Assembly: GCA_025456205.1 (NCBI GenBank) | Contig: JALOLA010000010.1 | Coordinates: 5,338-69,337 of the forward strand | Length of the DNA stretch: 64,000 nt | Reading direction: 5' to 3' | Source: Acidobacteriota bacterium | GTDB taxonomy: Bacteria; Acidobacteriota; Aminicenantia; UBA2199 | Shown: positions 26,034 to 33,543 of the stretch, in pieces | Position numbering within the stretch: the first letter of the stretch is position 1 | Layout: each line of letters begins with the position of its first letter | Position numbers and translations under genes: made by a program | Notes under the pieces: model-generated | Told to the model about the DNA's origin: nothing | Database searches by the model: none | Seen by the model: the letters and a program-made list of their open reading frames with translations, nothing else

Positions 26034-26042
26034 GGAGGAGCC

Positions 26043-27524
26043 ATGTTATTCCTATTCATCATCGTCCCGCTGTTGCTGGCCGGTCTGCTGCCCCTGCTGG
26101 GCAAGCTCTCGAAGCGCTTCCTGCCCGACCTGCTGGCCAGCGCCGCCATGCTCTTCCTGCTCGTGCTCTCGGTCGTCAGCGCCAAGCCGCTGATCGCCGG
26201 CGGCGGCATCATCCAGCAGGCCTTCTGGTTCGGCGCGCCGCTGAACATCCGCCTGCTGCTCGACGGCTTCAGCCTGTTCATGCTCTTCACCATCTCGCTG
26301 GTCAGCTTCGCCGTCACCCTGTACTCGATCAATTACATGGACCACTACGGGGCCAAGGCCAATTACTATGCCCTGCTGCTGGTGATGATCGCCGGCATGA
26401 ACGGCCTGGTCCTGAGCAGCGACCTGTTCAACATCTACATTTTCCTGGAAATGGCCGCCATCGCCTCCTACGCCCTGGTCGCCTTCGGCCGCGGCCATGA
26501 GGAGCTCGAGGCATCGTTCAAATACCTGATGCTCTCCGCCGTCGCCTCGGCCTTCATCCTGTTGAGCATCGCCGTCATTTTCGGCATGACCGGCGGCGTC
26601 AGCTTCGGCACCGTCGCCCAGGGCCTCAAGACCCTGAACGTCAAGTACGTGGTCGGCGTCTGCAGCGGCCTCTTCCTGGCCGGCTTCGGCCTGAAGGCGG
26701 CCCTGGTGCCGTTCCACTCCTGGCTGCCCGACGCCCACCCCTCGGCGCCGGCGCCGATCTCGGCCATGCTGTCGGCCGTGCTGATCAAGGTTTCCGGCGT
26801 CTACGCCATGACGCGCATCTTCCTGAACGTCTTCGGCCTTACGCCGGCGCTGACCACGGTGCTGACCGTCATGGGCGTCGTCTCGATCTTCGTCGGCGCC
26901 CTGGCAGCCCTGGGCCAGAACGACATCAAGCGCATGCTGGCCTACTCCTCGATCAGCCAGATCGGCTACGTGGTGCTCGGCCTGGGCATCGGCACCCCCC
27001 TGGGCATCATCGGCGGCCTTTTCCACCTGTTCAACCACGCCCTGTTCAAGTCGCTGCTCTTCTTGAACGCCGGGGCCGTCGAGCAGTCGACCGGCACGCG
27101 CGCGCTGGACAAGATGGGCGGCCTGGCCAAGGTCATGCCGCTGACGGCGACCACTTCGGCCGTCGCCTCGCTCTCCATCGCCGGCGTGCCGCCGCTGAAC
27201 GGCTTCTGGAGCAAGCTGCTGATCATCATCGCCCTGGTGCAGGCCAAGATGCACGTCCTGGCCGTGCTGGCCGTGCTGGGCAGCGTGATCACCTTGTGGT
27301 ACTACCTGGTGCTGCAGCGCTATGCCTTCTTCGGCAAGCTGAACGAGGCGTGGCAGGGGGTCAGGGAAGCCCCGTTCTGGATGTCGGCCTCGATGGTCCT
27401 GCTGGCCCTGCTCTGCGTCGTCACCGGCCTGGTCTTTCCCTTCGCGATCCACTCGTGGCTGCAGCCCGCCGCCGACGTCCTGGGCCAGGGCATCGGCGTG
27501 GCCCTGAACTTCATCGGATTTTAG
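26043..27524 (+). CDS. antiporter-like subunit (NuoM / MrpD family)
   Basis: PFHSWLPDAHPSAPAPISAMLSAVLIKV core. RBS gggagga. Length 493 aa. Confidence 0.9.
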   Translation: MLFLFIIVPLLLAGLLPLLGKLSKRFLPDLLASAAMLFLLVLSVVSAKPLIAGGGIIQQAFWFGAPLNIRLLLDGFSLFMLFTISLVSFAVTLYSINYMDHYGAKANYYALLLVMIAGMNGLVLSSDLFNIYIFLEMAAIASYALVAFGRGHEELEASFKYLMLSAVASAFILLSIAVIFGMTGGVSFGTVAQGLKTLNVKYVVGVCSGLFLAGFGLKAALVPFHSWLPDAHPSAPAPISAMLSAVLIKVSGVYAMTRIFLNVFGLTPALTTVLTVMGVVSIFVGALAALGQNDIKRMLAYSSISQIGYVVLGLGIGTPLGIIGGLFHLFNHALFKSLLFLNAGAVEQSTGTRALDKMGGLAKVMPLTATTSAVASLSIAGVPPLNGFWSKLLIIIALVQAKMHVLAVLAVLGSVITLWYYLVLQRYAFFGKLNEAWQGVREAPFWMSASMVLLALLCVVTGLVFPFAIHSWLQPAADVLGQGIGVALNFIGF

Positions 27525-27533
27525 GAGAAGCGC

Positions 27534-28019
27534 ATGCATCTTTTTCTATTGATCGGATTGGTCGCCTTTTCCATCATGGCCGTCCTGAGTCGCGACCTGC
27601 TGAAGAGCGCCATCAGCCTGGCCGTGGCCAGCATTTTCCTGGCCCTGGTCTTTTTTCACCTGGGCGCCGTCTATGCCGGGGTGTTCGAGCTCTCGGTGGT
27701 CGCCGGCCTGATCACCGTCCTCTTCATCACCGCCATCGCCCTGACGCGCAACGACGGCGAGGTGGCGGAAAGCAAGCGCCACCGGATCGTCTTCCCGCTC
27801 TTCTTCCTGGCCCTGGCCGTGCTCGACATCCTGGTGATGAGGAAGCTGCTGGGCCAGATCCCCGCCATCCAGGGCGCCGGGAGCGGCACGTTCAGCCAGG
27901 TGCTGTGGAACCAGCGCACCTTCGACCTGGTCGGGCAGGTCGGGGCCATCTTCGCCGGCGTGCTGGCCGTGCTGGCCCTGTTCCGCCACGACAGCCCCAA
28001 GGGGGATAGCCATGAATAA
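27534..28019 (+). CDS. NuoJ-like membrane subunit
   Basis: LGAVYAGVFELSVVAGLITVLFITAIAL parallels NuoJ LGAyFaGalEiiVYaGAImVLFvF. The C-terminal TM is retained. Confidence 0.7.
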   Translation: MHLFLLIGLVAFSIMAVLSRDLLKSAISLAVASIFLALVFFHLGAVYAGVFELSVVAGLITVLFITAIALTRNDGEVAESKRHRIVFPLFFLALAVLDILVMRKLLGQIPAIQGAGSGTFSQVLWNQRTFDLVGQVGAIFAGVLAVLALFRHDSPKGDSHE

Positions 28020-28320
28020 CCTGTGGATACTGAACATGGGCTTCGTCGCCCTGCTCATCGGCATCGGCCTCTACTGCCTGCTGGCCATGAAGAACACGGT
28101 CAAGCTGCTGATCGGCGTCGAGATCATCGCCAAGGGCGTCACCCTGGCCCTGGTGGCCAGCGGCTACGCCCGCGACAACCTGATGCTCGCCCAGGCCATG
28201 GTCATCACCGTCATCGTCATCGATGTCGCCGTCATCGCCACGGCGCTGGCCCTGATCATCAGCATCAACCGCCATACCAAGAGCCTTGACGTCAGCAAAC
28301 TGACCCAATTGAAGGGATAA
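28012..28320 (+). CDS. NuoK / MrpC-like membrane subunit
   Basis: 102 aa with 3 TMs. GIGLYCLLAMKNTVKLLIGVEIIAKGVTL contains the conserved Glu in TM2. Confidence 0.85.
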   Translation: MNNLWILNMGFVALLIGIGLYCLLAMKNTVKLLIGVEIIAKGVTLALVASGYARDNLMLAQAMVITVIVIDVAVIATALALIISINRHTKSLDVSKLTQLKG

Positions 28321-28322
28321 CC

Positions 28323-28658
28323 ATGAAAAACATTATGGAGATCTTCCTCTCGCCGCCGCTGGCCTTTCTGGTCTTCCTGGCCATTTTCTACATCATCTAT
28401 TTCCTGGCCGGGCGCCTGGCCCCCAAGCTCAACCCCGTCGGCGGCAAGCTGAAAAGCTACGCCTGCGGCGAGGACATTCCGGGCAGCAAGCTGCAGTTCG
28501 GCTACCGCCTGTTCTTCTTCATCGCCCTGTTCTTCACCATGATGCACGTGGCGGCGCTGGTGGTAGCGACCTTGCCGTCTGGCCCCATCGCCTATTTCGG
28601 ACTGTTTTACCTGGGCATGATCTTCCTGTCCGTTGCCGCCCTGGTCACGAGGGATTAA
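28323..28658 (+). CDS. NuoA-like membrane subunit
   Basis: KSYACGEDIPG...FFFIALFFTMMHVAAL parallels NuoA YECG...FYLVAMFFVIFDVEAL. Length 111 aa. Confidence 0.65.
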   Translation: MKNIMEIFLSPPLAFLVFLAIFYIIYFLAGRLAPKLNPVGGKLKSYACGEDIPGSKLQFGYRLFFFIALFFTMMHVAALVVATLPSGPIAYFGLFYLGMIFLSVAALVTRD

Positions 28659-28659
28659 C

Positions 28660-29085
28660 ATGATCGAACGTCTGGTCCATTGGTCACGGGTCAAGTCCCC
28701 TTGGGTCCTGCATCTGAACGCCGGCGGCGGCTGCAACGGCTGCGACATCGAGATCCTGGCCGCGCTCATGCCGCGCTTCGACCTGGAACGCTTCGGCGTG
28801 CAGCTGAAAGGGACGCCGCGCCACGCCGACGTCATGATCTGCACCGGGGCCGTCACCCTGCAGAACCGCGACCGCGTCCTGCGCGTCTACGAGCAGGTCC
28901 CCGACCCGAAGTTCGTGGTGGCGGCCGGCGCCTGCGCCATGGCCGGCTGCGTCTACCGCGGCTCCTATCACACCCTGATCGGCATCGACCAGCTGCTGCC
29001 GGTCAACGCCTACGTTCCCGGCTGTCCCTTCCGCCCCGCCGCCCTGATCGATGCGGTGGTCAAGCTGCTCAATTCGGTGAAATGA
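28660..29085 (+). CDS. group 4 [NiFe]-hydrogenase small subunit (NuoB-like)
   Basis: Four cluster Cys: GGGCNGCDIE, AAGACAMAGC, VPGCPFRP. Confidence 0.92.
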   Translation: MIERLVHWSRVKSPWVLHLNAGGGCNGCDIEILAALMPRFDLERFGVQLKGTPRHADVMICTGAVTLQNRDRVLRVYEQVPDPKFVVAAGACAMAGCVYRGSYHTLIGIDQLLPVNAYVPGCPFRPAALIDAVVKLLNSVK

Positions 29086-29086
29086 G

Positions 29087-29563
29087 GTGATCATGAACAA
29101 CGAAGCGATCTTGGAAAAGATAAACGCCGGGCTCAAGGACAAGGTCCTGGAGGCGGCCGCGGCAGCGCCGCGGCGCATCAACCTCAAGGTGGACCGCCAG
29201 CACCTGCTGGGCGTCCTGGCCTACCTCAAGGAGCAGTTCAACATGGCCCACCTGGCCACGATCAGCGGCGTCGACCTGGGCGAGTCCTTCGAGGTGATCT
29301 ATCACCTGTCCAATGACGCCGTCACGGTGAACGTGCGCATGTTGACGCCGCGCCAGGAACCCAGGATCCCCAGCGTCTGCTCCCTGATCCCCGGGGCGAT
29401 CCTCTACGAGCGCGAACTGCAGGACATGTTCGGCATGGTGGTGGAGAACATCCCCGACCCGCGGCGCCTGCTCCTGTGCGATGATTGGCCCGAGGGGCAA
29501 TATCCCCTGCGCAAGGATTGGAAGTTCGAACGCCCCGCCGAGATCATCCCCGGAGGTAAATAA
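29087..29563 (+). CDS. NuoC-like (30 kDa) hydrogenase subunit
   Basis: ...HLATISGVDLGESFEVIYHL...ERELQDMFGMV... is the NuoC/HycE-N pattern. Confidence 0.88.
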   Translation: MIMNNEAILEKINAGLKDKVLEAAAAAPRRINLKVDRQHLLGVLAYLKEQFNMAHLATISGVDLGESFEVIYHLSNDAVTVNVRMLTPRQEPRIPSVCSLIPGAILYERELQDMFGMVVENIPDPRRLLLCDDWPEGQYPLRKDWKFERPAEIIPGGK

Positions 29564-30683
29564 TGGAATACAAGGTTTCCCTGGGACCGCAGCACCCCGC
29601 CCTCCACGAGGCCGTCAGCCTGCGCATGACCCTCGAGGGCGAGGTCATCCGCGACGCCGACCTGAAGCTCGGCTACAGCCATCGCGGCATCGAGAAACTG
29701 GCCGAGGAAAGGAGCTTCATCCAGAACATCTACCTCACCGAGCGCATCTGCGGCATCTGCTCCCACTCCCATACCACCTGCTTCACCCAGGGGGTCGAGC
29801 AGCTGATGGAGCTTGTTCCCGCCCGGCGCGGCCTCTTTATCCGCACCCTGATCGCCGAGCTGGAGCGCGTGCACAGCCACCTGCTGTGGCTGGGCGTCGC
29901 CGGCCAGGAGGCGGGCTTCGAGTCGTTCTTCATGTACACCTGGCGCGACCGCGAGGTCGTCCTGGATATACTGGAATGGATCTCGGGCAACCGCGTGCAC
30001 TACGCCATGAACATCTTCGGCGGCGTGCGCCGCGACATCGACGAGCTGCAGAAGAAGAAGATCCTCGACTCCCTCGACCTGCTGAGGAAGCGCACCGATT
30101 ATTATCTCAACCTCGCCGCCAGCGAGCCGACCTTCATCGGCCGCCTGGCCGGCGTCGGCAAGCTGAGCAAGGAGCAGGCCATCGCCCTCTGCGCCGTCGG
30201 CCCCACCCTGCGCGCCTCGGGCGTGCCCATGGACGTGCGCAAGGACGACCCCTACGCCTCCAAAGCTACAACATGATCGAATACCTGCTCACGAACCTGC
30301 CCGAGGGGCCCTTCAAGGTCAAGGCCCCGCGCAAGGTCAAGCCCAACGAGGTCTATTCGCGCTACGAGGCCCCGCGCGGCGAGAACGTCCACTACATCAA
30401 GAGCAACGGCTCGGACAAGCCCGAGCGCCTGAAGGTCCGCGCCCCCACGCTGGCCAACTACCCGGCTACCGTCGCGATGCTCAAGAACGGCTTCATCGCC
30501 GACATCCCGCTGATCTTCGCCGCCATCGATCCCTGCATCTGCTGCGCCGAGCGCCTGGTGCAGCTGGACGACGCGCGCAGCGGTCGGAGCAACGTCCTGT
30601 CCTTCAGCCAGCTGCGGGCCATGGCGAACGCGCATTACAAGAAAGTCGATCTTACAAAAAAGGAAGCAGCATGGCCATTTTAA
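29563..30683 (+). pseudogene. group 4 [NiFe]-hydrogenase large subunit (NuoD-like), interrupted by an out-of-frame internal deletion near 30259
   Basis: The N-part (frame of 29563) carries RICGICSHSH and stops at 30274-30276. The C-part (frame of ORF 29481..30683) carries EAPRGE...DPCICCAER. About 28 residues between the PY..Y and LPxGP motifs are missing. Confidence 0.8.
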
Positions 30684-31639
30684 AGCCCATCCTCTACATT
30701 CTTGTCTACCCGGGTCTGATCTTCCTGATGGTCTATTCCACCTTTTGCGAGTGGTTCGACCGCAAGCTCTACGCCCGCATGCAGAACCGCATCGGCCCCC
30801 TGCACACCGGGCGCTCCGGCATCCTGCAGCCGGTGGCCGACATCATCAAGCTCTTCGCCAAGGAGGACATCGTTCCGGAAAAAGCCGACAAGCACATGTT
30901 CACCGCCCTGCCGGTATTCGCCCTGGCCATCATCTGCACGGCGGCGCTCTACCTGCCCGTCTGGCACTACAGCGAGGCTCCCTCGTTCATCTCCTTCCCC
31001 GGCGACCTGATCGTCGTGGCCTACCTGCTGACCCTGCCGACGCTGATCTTCTTCCTGGCCGGCTGGCACTCCACCAACTATTTCTCGGCCATCGGCGGCG
31101 TGCGCGTCCTGACCATGCTCTTCGGCTACGAGATCCCGCTGCTGCTGGCCCTGCTCAGCCCGGCCGTGCTGGCCGGCTCCTGGCGCATCCTGGAGATCGC
31201 CGTCTTTTTTCAGAACCGGCCGCTGCTGATGCTGGTCAACATCATCGGCTTCTTCATCGCCCTGATCGCCCTGCAGGCCAAGCTGGAGCGCGTGCCCTTC
31301 GACATCCCCCACGCCGAGACCGAGATCGTCGGCGGTCAATTTACCGAGTACTCGGGCAAGAAGTTGGCCTTCTTCCGCCTGCTCGGCGACATCGAGATGG
31401 TCGTCGGCGCCGGCCTGATCGCTGCCGTCTTCCTGGGCGGCTTCCCGGGCGGCCTGCTGCCCGGGCTGGCCTGGTTCATCGTCAAGACCCTCTTCATCGT
31501 CTTCCTGCTGGCCGCCATGCGCGCCGCCACCAGCCGCATCCGCATCGACCAGATGATCAGCTTTTCCTGGCGCTGGCTGGCGCCCCTCGGCGTGTTGCAG
31601 CTGTTCATCGTCATCATCATCAAGGGGAATATGCCATGA
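30671..31639 (+). CDS. NuoH-like membrane subunit
   Basis: KLYARMQNRIGPLHTGRSGILQPVADIIKLFAKED is the NuoH/HycD signature. Confidence 0.92.
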   Translation: MAILKPILYILVYPGLIFLMVYSTFCEWFDRKLYARMQNRIGPLHTGRSGILQPVADIIKLFAKEDIVPEKADKHMFTALPVFALAIICTAALYLPVWHYSEAPSFISFPGDLIVVAYLLTLPTLIFFLAGWHSTNYFSAIGGVRVLTMLFGYEIPLLLALLSPAVLAGSWRILEIAVFFQNRPLLMLVNIIGFFIALIALQAKLERVPFDIPHAETEIVGGQFTEYSGKKLAFFRLLGDIEMVVGAGLIAAVFLGGFPGGLLPGLAWFIVKTLFIVFLLAAMRAATSRIRIDQMISFSWRWLAPLGVLQLFIVIIIKGNMP

Positions 31640-31995
31640 GCCTCAAATTCGCCCCGTTCCTGCCCGAGCTGCTGCGCAGCCTGTTCAAGAAGCCGGTCAC
31701 GGTCGTCTATCCTTTCCAGAAGGAGGCTGTGGCCGCGGGCTTCCGCGGTACCGTCGTCTTCGACCCCGCCAAGTGCATCGGCTGCAACATCTGCGTCAAT
31801 GACTGCCCGGCCGAGGCCATCGACATCATCCGCGTGTCCGAGACCGAGAAGAAGTTCAAGATGATCCTGCATAACGACCGCTGCATCCACTGCGCCCAGT
31901 GCGTCGACTCCTGCCCCACCAAGACCTACCACATGGACCTGGAATACGAGGTTGCCGCCTTCAGCCGTCACAACCTGAAGATCGAGTACAAGTAA
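31636..31995 (+). CDS. NuoI-like 2x[4Fe-4S] ferredoxin subunit
   Basis: CIGCNICVNDCP and CIHCAQCVDSCP. ATGA-type overlap with the NuoH-like gene. Only the last 119 codons of ORF 30745..31995 are coding. Confidence 0.9.
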   Translation: MSLKFAPFLPELLRSLFKKPVTVVYPFQKEAVAAGFRGTVVFDPAKCIGCNICVNDCPAEAIDIIRVSETEKKFKMILHNDRCIHCAQCVDSCPTKTYHMDLEYEVAAFSRHNLKIEYK

Positions 31996-32087
31996 GACCG
32001 CCCATCGCCGCCAAAAAACCCGCCGCTCACAGACCCGCCGCCGGGCCGGGAGCGGCGTTTCCCTGCCGCGCGGATTTCCGGGAAGCG

Positions 32088-32585
32088 TTGCGTGAGCAGC
32101 TTCGCGGCTCCCAACGCGTCTTCGTCCTGGGCATCGGCATGGACTGGAAGAGCGACGACCGCCTGGGACCGGCCCTGGCGCGGGCCCTGGCGCAGGCGCT
32201 GCCGGCCGAGCCGCGCCTGAGCGTCGTCAGCGGCGGCGAGGCCCCGGAAAACTTCACCGGCGCCATCCGCGCCTTCGCGCCCAGCCATGTCATTCTGCTC
32301 GACGCCGTGGACCACGGCCGGCCTCCCGGCACGGCCTTCCTGGTCGACGAAGGCGCCATCACCATGGGCGACATGACCAGCCACCGCCTGCCCCTGAAGC
32401 TACTGATGCGCTTCCTGGCCGCGAGCATCCCCTGCCGGGTCATCCTGGTCGGCGTGCAGCCGCGGACGCTGCTGCCGGGCCGGCGGCTTTCCTCTCCCGT
32501 GCGCAGGACCGTCGCGCCCCTGGCCGCGTTCTTAGCCGAGGAGATCACCTTCGCTTTGGCGGGACTCCAGGACGATGCAAAGTGA
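32088..32585 (+). CDS. hydrogenase maturation endopeptidase (HycI/HyaD family)
   Basis: VFVLGIGMDWKSDDRLG parallels GxGNxxxxDDGxG, followed by ILLDAVDHG. The TTG 32088 start is a guess; no ATG is available. Confidence 0.75.
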   Translation: MREQLRGSQRVFVLGIGMDWKSDDRLGPALARALAQALPAEPRLSVVSGGEAPENFTGAIRAFAPSHVILLDAVDHGRPPGTAFLVDEGAITMGDMTSHRLPLKLLMRFLAASIPCRVILVGVQPRTLLPGRRLSSPVRRTVAPLAAFLAEEITFALAGLQDDAK

Positions 32586-32608
32586 CGAGAAGTTATCCTA
32601 GAGAATTT

Positions 32609-32622
32609 CGTGACGCGTCACG
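32609..32622. terminator. perfect 14-nt palindrome cgtgacgcgtcacg between convergent genes
   Basis: Same CGTSACG family as 6171, 6274 and 12211. Lies between the protease gene and tonB. Confidence 0.3.
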
Positions 32623-32682
32623 CCGATCAGTTTCCATGCGTTCGCCGTCCGCCTTACGCCCCCTGCCTTGCGCCGAGTCCTT

Positions 32683-33447
32683 CTACTGCGCGGTGAGGCC
32701 GAAGGTGATGGAGACGGTGAAATAGATGGGTCGGGGCACGCCGTCGACGATATAGGGCTCGTAGAGCCACTGGCGCACGGCCGCCCGCGCCGCCTCATGG
32801 AAGATCGGATGGCCGCTGATGATGCGCACGCGGCTGACCCGGCCGTAGATGTCGGTCATGGCCTCGACGATCACCACCCCCTGCAAGCGGTTGGCGAAGG
32901 CGTCCGCAGGGTATTCGGGCTTGACCTCGCGGAGCAGCCTGGGGACCTTCTTGCCGCTGACGAAGAAAGGCTGCTCGCCGGGCAGGGCGCCGCCCAGCAC
33001 GCCGCCCAGCACGCCGCCGATGACGCCGCCCTCGATGCCGCCCTCGACGCCGCCGGGCACGCCCCAGGGAACGCCGCCCTCCACCCCGAAATCAACGCCC
33101 TCGTCCTCTTCGATGGTCACCGGCACCTCGATGGGCGCGACCAGCTTGCCGAAGAAGACAGGGGGCTCGGGATCTTTTTTTTCCTCGGCCGCCTTGGCCG
33201 CCCTGGAGCCGCGCCCGCGGCCGAAGGGCGGGGGGGGCGGCGGCGGCGGGGCCGGCAGGGAGGGGGCGATGATCAGCACGTTGGTCACCTGGATCTCGGG
33301 GAGGTTCGTATCGGCCAGCAGCAGGGGGACCAGCACCAGGGCGGCGATGGCCAGCAGGTGGACGAGCAGGGAGATGGGCATGAGCAGCCAGACGCGGCCG
33401 CGCGCCTGCTGGTCCTGAGGAGTGAGCAGCGATTCATCCAGCATCAA
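32683..33447 (-). CDS. tonB: energy transducer TonB
   Basis: N-terminal TM, Pro-rich PSLPAPPPPPPPP, Gly-rich GGV repeats, and C-terminal TonB_C (KPEYPADAFANRLQGVVIVEAMTDIYGRV...). Confidence 0.88.
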   Translation of the reverse strand: MMLDESLLTPQDQQARGRVWLLMPISLLVHLLAIAALVLVPLLLADTNLPEIQVTNVLIIAPSLPAPPPPPPPPFGRGRGSRAAKAAEEKKDPEPPVFFGKLVAPIEVPVTIEEDEGVDFGVEGGVPWGVPGGVEGGIEGGVIGGVLGGVLGGALPGEQPFFVSGKKVPRLLREVKPEYPADAFANRLQGVVIVEAMTDIYGRVSRVRIISGHPIFHEAARAAVRQWLYEPYIVDGVPRPIYFTVSITFGLTAQ

Positions 33448-33543
33448 AAACCTCGTCTCATCCCTGTTTTCCGTTCACCAATAAGACGTTAGGATACCTC
33501 ATTTTAGCTGAAAAATCCAGTCTGGCGCGGGAAATCCCCGTTG

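Noticed and set aside
29481-30258. First ~260 codons of the 400-aa ORF 29481..30683 as a separate protein.
   Set aside because: That portion is Arg/Pro/His-rich out-of-frame translation of the NuoC-like and large-subunit genes. Only the segment from about 30259 onward (QSYNMIEYLL...DPCICCAER) is homologous to hydrogenase large subunits.
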